A DNA stretch of 63,907 nt, the filler included, from Octopus bimaculoides (Eukaryota), in NCBI RefSeq assembly GCF_001194135.2. It is 4 parts of 4 records of this genome, joined end to end, with 100 filler letters (N's around TTAATTAATTAA, not from the genome) between each part and the next. Parts side by side here need not be neighbours in the genome. Positions count along the whole stretch, not along the records: positions 1 to 12,114 come from NC_068991.1; positions 12,215 to 38,354 come from NC_068992.1; 2 more parts are not named here. One strand, written 5' to 3'. A program made the translations under genes and the position numbers. How positions within the stretch are numbered: position 1 is the stretch's first letter; the number at the start of each line of letters is the position of its first letter. Shown one piece after another: positions 1 to 12,472 of this stretch. Below the pieces are notes generated by a model. That model made no database searches, was not told the origin of the DNA, and saw only the letters and a program-made list of their open reading frames with translations.

Positions 1-351
1 TTCCGGGTTCAGTCCCACTCCGTGGCACCTTGGGCAAGTGTCTTCTACTATAGCCTCGGGCCGACCAAAGCCTTGTGAGTGGATTTGGTAGACGAAAACT
101 GAAAGAAGTCCGTCGTATATATATATATGTATATATGTATGAGTGTGTATATGTTTGTGCCCCCCCCCCAACATCGCTTGACAACCGATGCTGGTGTGTT
201 TACGCCCCCGTAACTTAGCGGTTCAGCAAAAGTGACCGATAGAATAAGTACTAGGCTTACAAAGAATAAGTCCTGGGTTCGATCTGCTCGACTAAAGGCA
301 GTGCTTCAGCATGGACGCAGTCAAAATGACTGAAACAAAAGAGTAAAAGAG
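1..351 (+). mobile_element. Abundant octopus-type SINE (bipartite, with internal TA/TG microsatellite)
   Basis: ccttgggcaagtgtcttctactatagcctcgggccgaccaaagccttgtgagtggatttggtagac core recurs near 3180, 26820, 32880, 39000, 39515, 41230, 44160, 47060, 51150, 52995 and 53600. Confidence 0.85.
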
Positions 352-395
352 ATTTATAAGTCGACTCAAGAAATCTCCAGGGAGACTTTTTTTAT

Positions 396-437
396 GTACC
401 CCAAGAGACCCAGAACGGGTCGAAACACGTGTTGTAC
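396..437 (+). pseudogene. Decayed minimal hammerhead-like motif
   Basis: GUAC-CCCAAGA-GACCC(agaac)GGGUC-GAAA-CACGUG-UU-GUAC; all three stems are intact but the core is CCCAAGA instead of CUGANGA. Confidence 0.5.
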
Positions 438-483
438 CCATTAAAGTCTATTACACATTCCATCTCCTATTTTATTATACTGT

Positions 484-534
<51 letters not shown>

Positions 535-559
535 GTAAGTATGTACATATTAGTATTAC

Positions 560-706
560 CTGTGGTTTTTGAGGGCGGACATATCTTTTCGGTGCATAAA
601 ACATCTCCGCTGGGCTTGCATGTGCACTGATTGCATTTATCTATGGCTATGAATATTTGCCCAAAAACGTATACTTTTCCGTTGTAGCGGCATTCTATTT
701 TAGTTG
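560..706 (-). CDS. Coding exon (phase 1-1), six-Cys pacifastin/VWC-like module, copy 2
   Basis: tttcag acceptor and gtaata donor; 147 nt open frame TKIECRYNGKVYVFGQIFIAIDKCNQCTCKPSGDVLCTEKICPPSKTT; pattern C-x18-C-N-x-C-x-C-x3-G-x3-C-T-x3-C; close paralog at 6935-7075. Confidence 0.85.
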
Positions 707-818
707 CTGAAAGAGAAAAAAAGTGTGTACGAATTCAAGATGAAAATGAAGGTTCCTCACTCAAAGAATATAATGACAAATTTTTTTTATCACCATAGCC
801 TTAAACATATACAAATGC

Positions 819-855
<37 letters not shown>

Positions 856-1739
856 NNNNNNNNNNNNNNNNNNNNNNNNNNNNNNNNNNNNNNNNNNNNN
901 NNNNNNNNNNNNNNNNNNNNNNNNNNNNNNNNNNNNNNNNNNNNNNNNNNNNNNNNNNNNNNNNNNNNNNNNNNNNNNNNNNNNNNNNNNNNNNNNNNNN
1001 NNNNNNNNNNNNNNNNNNNNNNNNNNNNNNNNNNNNNNNNNNNNNNNNNNNNNNNNNNNNNNNNNNNNNNNNNNNNNNNNNNNNNNNNNNNNNNNNNNNN
1101 NNNNNNNNNNNNNNNNNNNNNNNNNNNNNNNNNNNNNNNNNNNNNNNNNNNNNNNNNNNNNNNNNNNNNNNNNNNNNNNNNNNNNNNNNNNNNNNNNNNN
1201 NNNNNNNNNNNNNNNNNNNNNNNNNNNNNNNNNNNNNNNNNNNNNNNNNNNNNNNNNNNNNNNNNNNNNNNNNNNNNNNNNNNNNNNNNNNNNNNNNNNN
1301 NNNNNNNNNNNNNNNNNNNNNNNNNNNNNNNNNNNNNNNNNNNNNNNNNNNNNNNNNNNNNNNNNNNNNNNNNNNNNNNNNNNNNNNNNNNNNNNNNNNN
1401 NNNNNNNNNNNNNNNNNNNNNNNNNNNNNNNNNNNNNNNNNNNNNNNNNNNNNNNNNNNNNNNNNNNNNNNNNNNNNNNNNNNNNNNNNNNNNNNNNNNN
1501 NNNNNNNNNNNNNNNNNNNNNNNNNNNNNNNNNNNNNNNNNNNNNNNNNNNNNNNNNNNNNNNNNNNNNNNNNNNNNNNNNNNNNNNNNNNNNNNNNNNN
1601 NNNNNNNNNNNNNNNNNNNNNNNNNNNNNNNNNNNNNNNNNNNNNNNNNNNNNNNNNNNNNNNNNNNNNNNNNNNNNNNNNNNNNNNNNNNNNNNNNNNN
1701 NNNNNNNNNNNNNNNNNNNNNNNNNNNNNNNNNNNNNAA

Positions 1740-2600
1740 TGATGGGGCACGCAAGTATGACAGGCTGTACTTCCTTTCATGTAGGCAAGGATTAGATATT
1801 TCACTTCTGCTATTCAGGTAAATGCCTGGGTGCTGGGAGCTCTTTGAAATCACCATTTTTGCAGCCAGGCGTAATCTGCACTTCCTACTGCTATTGAAAC
1901 ATGCTTTACATTTCTCTAGAATCTTCTACTTTATGCTGTACCCAGTGGTGTTTTCTTTCATTGACCATACGTGTTGGCAAGGTTTGTGGCATTACGTACT
2001 TCCGCGATGTTAAAGGACTTGTGGTTGGTATAGCGTGTTCGAAGGGGCCTTCAAGAGCTCCCACATACTTTCGTACATTTTGGTTGCCCATTTGGTTCTA
2101 TTACTGTTACCTCTGCCTCGTATACGACGATCTCTGTATTACAGTAGTCGTTCAGTGTATATGTTGTTTTACTCAACATGAGCATCCCGTCTCTATCTCA
2201 GGTGTAAGCCTACCTACTAACATGCTTCTTACATTGGGTGCACAAGTATAGGAAATTCTCAGGGTGTGCCTGTTAAATATTTTGGTTAGCTTATTTGCAC
2301 GAGGTAAGTGTTTGTCTACTAAGCTAAGGGAAATCTTACCTACTCGAGTTTTAACATTTGAATGGAAGGATGGTGTGAACCACAACACTTTTCGGCGACT
2401 CTTTCTTTTGGAGGGACTAAGGTCTGGCGTGTAACTGATTCTATCCTTGAAACCGCTGGCGGCCAGAGCCTCACTATAGTACGGGCATGTAACATAAAAA
2501 AATGTCTCTTTGCTTGAAGACAAGTTGGAGATTCTATTGCTGACGTCCTTTACCGGATTCTTGAAAACAATTAATTCAGAAAAGTATTGTCAGCTGTAGG
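1740..2600 (-). mobile_element. Penelope-like retroelement remnant (linker to GIY-YIG region)
   Basis: RKVLWFTPSFHSNVKTRVGKISLSLVDKHLPRANKLTKIFNRHTLRISYTCAPNV resembles the PLE WFNPPYS..VKT.IG...HKIFNR.T.K.SYSC motif; RKYVGALEGPF follows; frameshifted. Confidence 0.8.
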
Positions 2601-2970
2601 CGTTACACAAAAATATGCGGAGAAAGCATTTATAATTCCTCAATGATAACGGATTGTTGCTCTTACAAGATCAGGAAATATCATATACTGATATTGACAA
2701 AGTTACTCAGGAAAAGATTATGGACCTAAAATTAGAAGTATTGCTTCTTCATCCTTACTCTCCTCATCTTACCCAATTTTAGTGTCATCTTTTCACATCA
2801 TTTTCACATTATTTAGAAAGAAAACAATTTATTCATGAAGAGGTTAAAAATGACATTCAGTGTTTCCTTGCTTCGAAACCTGAAGAATTTAATGATAGAT
2901 AGCTTACCAATTTGCCAAGCAGATTGGATTATGTTTTCAATTTTGCGGAGAAATATTATTATGATTAAGA
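2600..2970 (+). mobile_element. Mariner transposase C-terminal remnant
   Basis: KVTQEKIMDLKLEVLLHPYSPHL and EEVKNDIQCFLASKPEEF are decayed YSPDL-region motifs. Confidence 0.75.
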
Positions 2971-3087
2971 ATAATAATTTTGACCCCAAACGCATTCGCT
3001 TCTTATCCATCTTGAAATGGGCTAGGTCTTTGTTCCTAATATAATATAATACAAAATATAATATGATATAATCTCTCTCTCTCTATG

Positions 3088-3178
<91 letters not shown>

Positions 3179-3873
3179 GGCGCAGGCGTGACTATGCGGC
3201 AAGAAGCTTGCTTCCCAACCGTATTGGTGTAGTGTTCAGTCCCACTGCGTGGAACCTTTGACGAGTATCTTCTGCTATAGCCTCTGGCCCATCTAAGCCT
3301 TGGGAATGGATTTGGTAGACGGAAACTGAAAGAATCCCGTCATATATGAAAAGTTTCTTTCGTAACCACGCGGTTCCTGGTTCAGTTCCACTGTTCAGCA
3401 CTTTGTGCAAGTGTCTTCTACTAGAACTGCGAGGAACTTAATGCCTTTAAGAAAATATTCGCTCTGTCTACGGAAATGAATGTTTAAGTGTCCGAAAACA
3501 CCAATAATGTTTCTACGAGCTTTTACCAGTAAATGTTTCTGTTGTAGAATCCTATCGATCTAGAACTTCGTTTTCAGTGATCAACAATAAGAATCGATCG
3601 ACACAGAAAACTATAGGTGACCAACGTCTTTGCCGGCGCATGCTACCACAAATTACACTCTGATCGAAAAGGTTTGTCTAAAACGAGCATGCCGAAACCC
3701 ATTTTCGCTAGAGATTCGTGTCTGCCATAATCTCATAAACTTTTCAACAACCAGTTTTGTTTTTGCTTCCATATGCCAAGATCTATTTCTCTCTCTCTCT
3801 CTCCCTCTCTCTCCCTCCCTCTCTCTCTCTCTCCCCTCTCTCTCCCAGTCTCTCTACTTGTCTCTCTCACCCT

Positions 3874-3982
<109 letters not shown>

Positions 3983-5439
3983 CCGCGCTCCCGCGACACA
4001 TACAAAGTTGGTGCAGAATGGCCAAAATGGCTAAGAAGTTAGCTTCTTAAAGACGAGATCCCACTTTCGATCCCACTGCATGAAGTATTGGTCAAATGTC
4101 TACCCTTGCCTTGTGACTTATAATGAGAAACTATATAGAAGCTGGTCTGGATGGAGGATTGTATCTGCAATTCCAAAAGGTACATTTTTGTCATCTGCTA
4201 GTGTCACACTGATTCTGCCTAGGGAATTACATTAAGGGAACATGTTTCTCCGGAATACCCAACAATTTAAACTTTATTTCAGAAGCAGGTTATCCATGTG
4301 ATCGGACAACTGAATCCTCATTGTCGAACGATGAAGATCCACTACACACACACGCTCGCACGCACATGCACACATGCACACACACGCACACACCGAGAGA
4401 GAGACGTGCGCGTGCACACACCCACACCCACACACACCATACACACATGCACATACATATCCACGTAAACACCCGCGTCCACGCACCCACAGACACACCC
4501 ATACACACATACACACGACCCACTGCATACACAGAACCGCAAAAGAAACACGATTTTTTCAAATTTCATCTTTATATAGTAAATTCTGAAATTTACTTTT
4601 CGGGTATGTAAGTGTAAATATTCCAAGGCATGCTGGTTTATGGCTGAGACCCAAATTGCAGGTAATCTTTTAACTTTCCCCGAATCAAGACGCCAAAACA
4701 CAGCTGCGTTGAATGCCGAGGGCAGCAGTCGCAAACAATTGTAATGAAAACCGAAACGNNNNNNNNNNNNNNNNNNNNNNNNNNNNNNNNNNNNNNNNNN
4801 NNNNNNNNNNNNNNNNNNNNNNNNNNNNNNNNNNNNNNNNNNNNNNNNNNNNNNNNNNNNNNNNNNNNNNNNNNNNNNNNNNNNNNNNNNNNNNNNNNNN
4901 NNNNNNNNNNNNNNNNNNNNNNNNNNNNNNNNNNNNNNNNNNNNNNNNNNNNNNNNNNNNNNNNNGGTCCTGTTGTCGTTTCCCCCTTGTTTGAAGGGGA
5001 GGCGTTATGATGAAATACGAAGATGTAACTTCGCCCGACGTGGAGTTGGCAGATGGAGAATTGATGTATTACGCGAGTGGCATGGAGGAGGAGCTGGCAA
5101 GAGGAAAAAAAGAAAAAGACCAGAAAAAGTATCAAGAAGAAGTTCGGGGTAAGTGTGTACCTTACGAACCTTGAAGCCGATATCGAAACATTGCCATCTA
5201 CTGTGAGTTTTCTAGATATTTTAGAAAATGATGGAAAATCTTTAATAATGTAATTGGTTGTAAAAGAGTTCAATGTGGTCACTCGGAGTGTGGCGTTCGA
5301 GTGGCCGTCATTCCACCCATTCATTAATTTTCTTTCATCTATTTTTCATTCATTTTCCCCCCACTTATGTATTTTTGTCTGTCCTTGTGTGGTCCCGTCT
5401 ATGTTTAACTCTTTGTAGTTGATTTAAAATAAATTCGTA

Positions 5440-6750
5440 ATTTGGACGCATCATGTATGACCCGATTGTCAGCAGCGCAGAGAGAACAAGCTACTGGCCG
5501 ATTGCAAACAAGGTAGCGTGCTCTGGTTGTTGTGAAAGCTTACAATGTCCATGTCAGCACTATCTATCATCTGCAACAGTGATGCAACAACACTAACAGC
5601 ATTGCAGACCGTGCCCGCAGAGGGCGCCTCTAGGTGACCACGGCCAGGCAGGACCACTTCATCCACCTGCAACACCTCCGTGATCGCTTCAGACCGGCCA
5701 ACGTGATAGCTCGCGTGACCATTGGCATAAGACAACGACCCATCAGCAACGACACGGTACGACGTCGACTGGTCGCCAACAACTTGCGTTGCCGTCGTCC
5801 TGCTCGAAGGCCTGTCCTCACCACCCGTCACGGTCAGGCACGACTACAGTAGAATACACAGCACTGACACTGGCGGCATCAACAATCGAGGTCGATAGTT
5901 TTCTCGGACGAGAGCCGGTACTGCGTTTCCACCTCGGATGGCAGAGTGAAGGTGTGACGTAGGACGGGGTGAACGATACAGAGACGCATGTGTCATGGAG
6001 AGAGACGCATGGGGTGGCCAAAACATCATGATTTGGGGTGCTACAGGCCTGAATCAGAAAATTGAGTCCCATGTGTTCCAAAATGTTGGTGCAGGCAGAG
6101 GGAATGGCATCACAGCGCAACACTACATCAACCAGATCCTAAGACCTTACATCGTGCCCTTCTTCGCGCTTCACCATAGCCACGTGTTCCAGCAGGATAA
6201 TACTCCCTCCCACACGGCCAGGGTCACCATGGACTTCCTGCATCAGCACAACATCAGAGCCATGCCGTGGCCGGTTCTCAGCCCGGATTTAAACTCAATT
6301 GAACACCTGTGGGATGAAATCCAGAGACGGCTGAACCATGTGGTTCCAAGGCTGACAACTCGTGTGAAACTGGAAGCAGATTTCCTCAGGGTGTAGGTAC
6401 AGGTGCCAATGGCTTTTGTGAACTGCCTCATGCATTCCATATACCGACGGTGTGTGGCCGTTTTGAACACCCAGGGAGGGCATATGCGGTATGGAAGTCT
6501 ACCAGAACACATGACAACAACCCGTAGACTGTGGTCAAAGTGCATCCAAGAAATTGACTTCATCAGATTTATCAAAATTTATCTCTGATATAATGAAATT
6601 AAAAAAAATATTTCACAGTCACACACGTCTCACGTTTCTTTCGCAGTTCAGTGTATAGCAAAATCAACGGCCAACCTGTAAGAAATGGACCATACAACTT
6701 GTCACATAAACAACAATTATTGTGACTGCCTTTCATTTTATACGAATAAG
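5440..6750 (+). mobile_element. Tc1-like transposon, decayed transposase
   Basis: HTH region, then VFSDES, VFQQDNTPSHTAR and WPVLSPDLNSIEHLWD (DD34E), with stops and frameshifts. Confidence 0.9.
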
Positions 6751-6934
6751 TGTTTTTCCACTTTTTACTCGTCCCGTCTACGTTTCGGTCAGTAACACCG
6801 AACATACTGAATAAAACACAGAAAGTGATTGAAAAATTGACATTTAACTCTAGTAAAAAAGTTGGAGATGTTGTGCGTCAGAACTTAACTAGTGATCAGT
6901 AAAATCTGTTTGGAAAGAATCTTTTAGGTATTAC

Positions 6935-7075
6935 CTGTAGTTTTTGAGCATATCTTTTCGGTGCATACAACAGCTCCAGTGTATTTGCAAGTGCACTGAT
7001 TACATTTATCTATGGCTATGAACGTTTGTCCAATGACGTATACTTTTCCGTAGTAGCGGCATTCTATCTTAGTCA
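6935..7075 (-). CDS. Coding exon (phase 1-1), six-Cys pacifastin/VWC-like module, copy 1
   Basis: Poly-T/cag acceptor and gtaata donor; 141 nt open frame VTKIECRYYGKVYVIGQTFIAIDKCNQCTCKYTGAVVCTEKICSKTT; splices in frame to 560-706. Confidence 0.85.
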
Positions 7076-7399
7076 CTGAAAAAAAAAAAATTAATTGTAC
7101 GAATTCAAGATGAAACTTAAGCTTCCTCACTCACAGAATATAACAAGAATTTTCATCAGCTTAGCCTTAAGCATACACAAATACACATGTTTTATTATGT
7201 TGTGAAGCAATTGTCCTTAAATAAGAATTTCCAATGGTTAAATAAATTTTATCATTCTCTCGTTATTTATAACTTTATACACTCCTTATGGTTTTCTTTT
7301 GTGCTGTACTTTATACTTTTGTAAAATGATACATTAACGAGCTTTTGTTTTTTAATACTATCGGATTAATTGAATCTGTATATAGGGAGAATTCACAAA

Positions 7400-8365
7400 A
7401 AAAAAACAAAAGACGAAGACAGGTGGTGTAGAAAACAAACAGATGTATGAGTATAACGCTCGGGAATTGAAAAACTCTTTAACGTTTCGAGCCTACGCTC
7501 TTCCACAGAAAGGAACACAGAAAGAAACAAGGAGAGAAGCAAAGAGAGAAAAAAATGTGTAGTGGTTAGCGATCTATCATGGCGAATGCCGGACAGAAGG
7601 GTCACACATGAGAGCTAAGAAGAAGGGGAGATAACAAAGTAGTAGTGATCCCGAAACGAAGGTGCGCGTGTGTGTGAGAGAATACGTATGTGCGTGTGAA
7701 AGAGGGCTGGTGATCTTGACGTGTGCGTGTGTGTATGTGTAGGTGTGAAAATGTGGGGATGGGAATTGGTCAGTGCTGCTGTGTGCGTGGCGGTGTGTTG
7801 TGATATGATGCATTGTGTGGTATGGTGTAGTGTAGTGTGGTGTGATGGTGTTGGGAGGTGGAGGAGGCGAGAGTAGGGAAAGCACGGGTGCGTTGTGGGT
7901 TAGGTTGAGAGTGGGGATAGAGGTGGGGTATGTGGGTAGGCAGAGGGTGGGGNNNNNNNNNNGATAGGAATGTGTAGGGGTGGGGTGGGCTTATGAGGGA
8001 GGATTGACGATGAAGGGGAAGGGGAAGGTGGGTATGAGAGAAGAGAGAAAGAGAGGAAGAGAGAAGAGAGAAAGAGAGTAGGGGTGAAGAGAAGTAGGTG
8101 TGAAGAGAAGTAGGAATCGGAGCAAGAGAAGGGAGGTGGGTGGCAGGAAGTAGGAATGAGGGGGAGAAAGGCAAGGGGAGGAGGTTAGATGAAGAGGGGA
8201 GGAGAGTTGAGCCCATGTGACACAAAGGAGCGTCCCGTTTGTCCGACGTACAGAGAATGACAGAGAGAGCAGGAGATGTAATAGATGATATTGGTAGAAG
8301 TGCAGGTGAAGGAGTCGGTGATGTGATAGGGTCGATGATGGGTGCCGGCGAGGAAGGTGGTGTTG
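7400..8365 (-). mobile_element. Penelope-like element 3' part (GIY-YIG fragment, pyrimidine tract, pLTR with hammerhead-like motif)
   Basis: YHITDSFTCTSTNIIYYISCSLCHSLYVGQTGRSF is the PLE GIY-YIG with CxxC; hammerhead-like motif at 7477-7512. Confidence 0.8.
7477..7512 (-). ncRNA. Minimal hammerhead-like motif with variant core CUGUGGA
   Basis: CUUU-CUGUGGA-A-GAGC(guag)GCUC-GAAA-CG-UU-AAAG, downstream of a Penelope GIY-YIG fragment on the same strand. Confidence 0.55.
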
Positions 8366-8639
8366 NNNNNNNNNNNNNNNNNNNNNNNNNNNNNNNNNNN
8401 NNNNNNNNNNNNNNNNNNNNNNNNNNNNNNNNNNNNNNNNNNNNNNNNNNNNNNNNNNNNNNNNNNNNNNNNNNNNNNNNNNNNNNNNNNNNNNNNNNNN
8501 NNNNNNNNNNNNNNNNNNNNNNNNNNNNNNNNNNNNNNNNNNNNNNNNNNNNNNNNNNNNNNNNNNNNNNNGAGAGGTAGGGTGGTGGGGAGGTAGGTGA
8601 AGGGAAAAGGGAGGCGGGAGAAGGCAGGGAGAGTTCGGA

Positions 8640-9276
8640 GGGAGAGAGCAGATGCATAGTCCACGGAACGTGCTCTGAGGAAGAGAGAAGAAGCAGAGTA
8701 ATTCTTTCGCCAAAGAACTCAGACTGCCTCCTGATCAATGAAGAATTTTTGAGACAACTTCCAGGTGACTGCCGCACCTATTATAGAACAGATAAAGTTT
8801 TGACAGATGATCCTGCTGAGGCTGAACGCTATCCACTTGAATTTCTAAATTCATAAATTGACTTTAAAACCCAGCTCAATAGTAATATTTCTTCGTAACA
8901 TTTCTATCCAGAATGGACTCTGCAATGGTACAAGACTGGAAGTGGTGGCCATGCATCAACATTCAATCGAGGCTCACTAATTGGCAGACGTGTCCTCATC
9001 CCCGGAATAAAGCAGGCTCCAAGCGACCCTAACTTGCCATTCATCTTGGAGAGAACCCAGTTTCCTGTCCGTTTGTCATATGCCACGACTATTAACAAGT
9101 CACAGGGGCAGACATTTGAGAAGATGGGATTTTTCTTACCTCAGCCAGTGTTCAGTCACTGGCAGTTGTATGTGGCATACTCTAGAGCTCGCAAACTTTC
9201 AGATGTAAGGGTTAAGGTGATGGAGACAGACAGACCAGGAAGGGGAAGGGGGCGAACTGTTACTAAGAACATTTAA
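8640..9276 (+). mobile_element. Helitron PIF1-like helicase C-terminal remnant
   Basis: ILSPKNSDCLLINE, NGLCNGTRL and QFPVRLSYATTINKSQGQTF..PVFSHWQLYVAYSRA; stops and deletions present. Confidence 0.9.
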
Positions 9277-9344
9277 GAGATGAGGAATTATGTACATTAT
9301 TTACATTATTTACAATTGACGGATATTTGTCCTCGTTTGTTGTT

Positions 9345-9390
9345 AACACAACGTTTCGGCTGATATACCTTCCAGCCTTCATCAGGTGTC
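9345..9390 (-). ncRNA. Minimal type I hammerhead ribozyme (Penelope-type), canonical core
   Basis: Minus strand reads GACAC-CUGAUGA-A-GGCUG(gaagguauau)CAGCC-GAAA-CG-UU-GUGUU: stem I GACAC/GUGUU, stem II 5 bp, palindromic stem III ACGU, GUU cleavage triplet. Confidence 0.8.
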
Positions 9391-9458
9391 TTGGGGGAAA
9401 TTTCGAACCTGGGTTCTCATTCCTAAGGTATTTTTCGATGTTGTTGTTGTTGTTGTTG

Positions 9459-9521
<63 letters not shown>

Positions 9522-10243
9522 TCACTGCCTGGAATCGAACTCGGAATCTTGGGGTTAGTAGCCTGTGNNNNNNNNNNNNNNNNNNNNNNNNNNNNNNNNN
9601 NNNNNNNNNNNNNNNNNNNNNNNNNNNNNNNNNNNNNNNNNNNNNNNNNNNNNNNNNNNNNNNNNNNNNNNNNNNNNNNNNNNNNNNNNNNNNNNNNNNN
9701 NNNNNNNNNNNNNNNNNNNNNNNNNNNNNNNNNNNNNNNNNNNNNNNNNNNNNNNNNNNNNNNNNNNNNNNNNNNNNNNNNNNNNNNNNNNNNNNNNNNN
9801 NNNNNNNNNNNNNNNNNNNNNNNNNNNNNNNNNNNNNNNNNNNNNNNNNNNNNNNNNNNNNNNNNNNNNNNNNNNNNNNNNNNNNNNNNNNNNNNNNNNN
9901 NNNNNNNNNNNNNNNNNNNNNNNNNNNNNNNNNNNNNNNNNNNNNNNNNNNNNNNNNNNNNNATATATATATATATAATTTTTGTATTTGGTTTGTAAGA
10001 TTCTTTATGTAATTTCGTGTGTTAAAGCATATTTTATTGTGTTTGGGAGAGTCATTCTCTTTTACTACCTTATTAATTTAACAAACTCACCGGTCTGATT
10101 TCCACTCATATACTTATTTATTTTTAGTAAAATTTTCGTTGCGTTTTGCAACCTTTTCAATAGTCGTCAACCCTGTCCATTATCGGAACTGCGTTCTTTT
10201 TTTATTTGTTTGTTTGTGCACATGCGTGTGCGTGTGCATACAC

Positions 10244-10274
<31 letters not shown>

Positions 10275-10734
10275 TGTATGCATGCATGTATGTGTGCATA
10301 TGTGTATGCATATATGTGTGCGTGTATGAATATATATATATATATATATGTGTGTATGCATGTATGCACGTTTGTATGTATTTACTCCGCATGCATGTGT
10401 GTATGCATGTGTGTGTATGCATATATTTATGTATGCGTGTGTGCACGTTTGTATGTATGTGTGTATTCTGCATAACCATGTGTTTGTGTGTTCATGTTTC
10501 TGTGATTGTTTGTTTGTGTGTGCGTGTTTGCGCTCATGCTTGTGTGTTTGTATGTGTGTGTGTGTCTGTATGTGTGTGTTTGTATGTGTGTGTATTTGTG
10601 TGTTTACCTCTGTCTCCTTGTGTGTTCATGTTTGTGCGTGTCTGTGTACGGGTTTGTGTGACTATGTATGTGCATCTGTTATGTATGGATGTGTATCTCC
10701 ATATGTGTCCTTGTGTGAAGTGTGCGTGTGTGTA

Positions 10735-11200
10735 TATGGTCATGGTTTTAGGGGTTGTCAGCAATGAAAGACATGTGATGCCTCCTTACTTCTTTCCACA
10801 AGGCCTTGGACTTAACTTTGCCGCTTACATTGAGGTCCTGGAAATAATTGTTAAGCTCTGGATAGAGTGTATGCAATGGAGGACCACATGTGTTTCAGTA
10901 ACACTCTGCACTACCACACATCGAATGGATGGCTGAAAATTTTCATGTTCACATAACCCCTAACATTTGGCCTCCTAATTCCCTAGATCTCAATCCATTG
11001 GACTATTATATGTGGAACATTGTTGAGAAAGAGGTCAATGAACACATCCATAACACCAAAGATTCTTTGAAAGCTGCTATAGTCAGAGTAATGTCCAAAA
11101 TGGACTAGGACCACTTGATTCGAACATGTAGATGATTTAGATCTCATATAGAATCATTTGTTGAAGCTGAAGGTGGTTTTATTGAATAACGTTGGAGAAA
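10735..11200 (+). mobile_element. DD37D (maT-type) Tc1/mariner remnant
   Basis: MVLGVVSNERHVMPPYFFPQGL and, in another frame, WPPNSLDLNPLDYYMWNIVEKEVN...EAEGGFIE-stop. Confidence 0.8.
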
Positions 11201-12056
11201 AGAAGGTTTATTTTAATCCTCATAGCATTTTTTGATAAATAATGTTATTATCTGTTATTTTATATCTGTTTCTTTTTTTATAAACATAAATCTTTCCTCA
11301 GATATCTTACGCACCCTGTATATATGCATGCATATATGTAGATGTCTGTATACACACACTCATGTCCCAGTGCATAAGCATATCTCAGTGTGTCTGCGTG
11401 TTGGACTTTTGTCTGTGTATGTCTTTCGCTATTTGTGTGTGCCTCGGAGTACGTGTGTACATATATACAGTTATACATCACATGACGAGGACCCGCTTTA
11501 CGAGACCTGGGTTTACGAGTTTTATTTTACAATAAACATAAAAAAGTTAAACAGACAGTGTGTGTGGTAACTGATGCTGATACGTCTACAGAGCTGCATA
11601 TAGCGACGGAATAAATGCTTTTTTCTTAGCAAACGACTCTAGACATTTTTTTAAAAAAGAAATCTACATGTCTGTCTACATGTCTGTCATTGTGTATCGG
11701 CAATGGCGTCTACAAGTGATGGTGTACTCAAGTCTAGTGCGAGTGAAAGTGATTCAGAAAAAGATTATAATAATTTTTTTTTATTATAAATGATCTTGAA
11801 ATTCTTTTTACTTTACAAAAAATATTCTTTACATTCTACTGCTTTATTGCCATTTATTTACGAGGATTCCCTATATAATCACAAATGTAATTCTTTCCCA
11901 AATAAACTTCATTTCATATTCGAGGCTCCGATGCTGCTATAAAGTGTTACTGACGTACTCAACTACGAGTCCATTGCATCTCATAGTGTAAACAACTGTA
12001 AGCTAATGAAGTTCATAAGATAATAATTTATTTCATTGCCATCTCTCTCTCTCTCC

Positions 12057-12114
<58 letters not shown>

Positions 12115-12472
12115 NNNNNNNNNNNNNNNNNNNNNNNNNNNNNNNNNNNNNNNNNNNNTTAATTAATTAANNNNNNNNNNNNNNNNNNNNNNNNNNNNNN
12201 NNNNNNNNNNNNNNTATATATATATGCATGTATGTATGTATGTATATATCTTTATATATATGTATGTATATGTTGGCATTTCATTTTGTCTAATTTAACA
12301 AGTATCATTGGAGAATATTTAGTTGTTTAAATTTTAATAGCACACTAAACCTCTTCTATTATCCGTTTAAATATTATTTCATTAATCGTATTTGCCAAAT
12401 CAAGGATGATATCGTTTTCTTTTCCAGTTACGAATACTTTAAGCTCATTGTTTCGCCACAACACTTTACAGA

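Noticed and set aside
704-1856. Long ORFs spanning N-runs (also near 9.3-10, 18.7-19.6, 24.9-25.5, 30.2-31.7 and 37.4-39.1 kb)
   Set aside because: They are open only because N codons contain no stops.
5007-5148. Short ORF MMKYEDVTSPDVELADG... ending at a gtaagt donor
   Set aside because: No recognisable homology or partner exon; an overlapping frame (STVSFLDILENDGKSL) resembles a decayed Penelope RT thumb.
6770-6810. GAAACGUA preceded by a small stem on the minus strand
   Set aside because: No CUGANGA-like core and no stem I partner, so not called a hammerhead.
12159-12170. TTAATTAATTAA island inside N-runs (also 38399-38410 and 62385-62396)
   Set aside because: An identical 12-mer giving stops in all six frames in the middle of gaps; an assembly linker, not biology.
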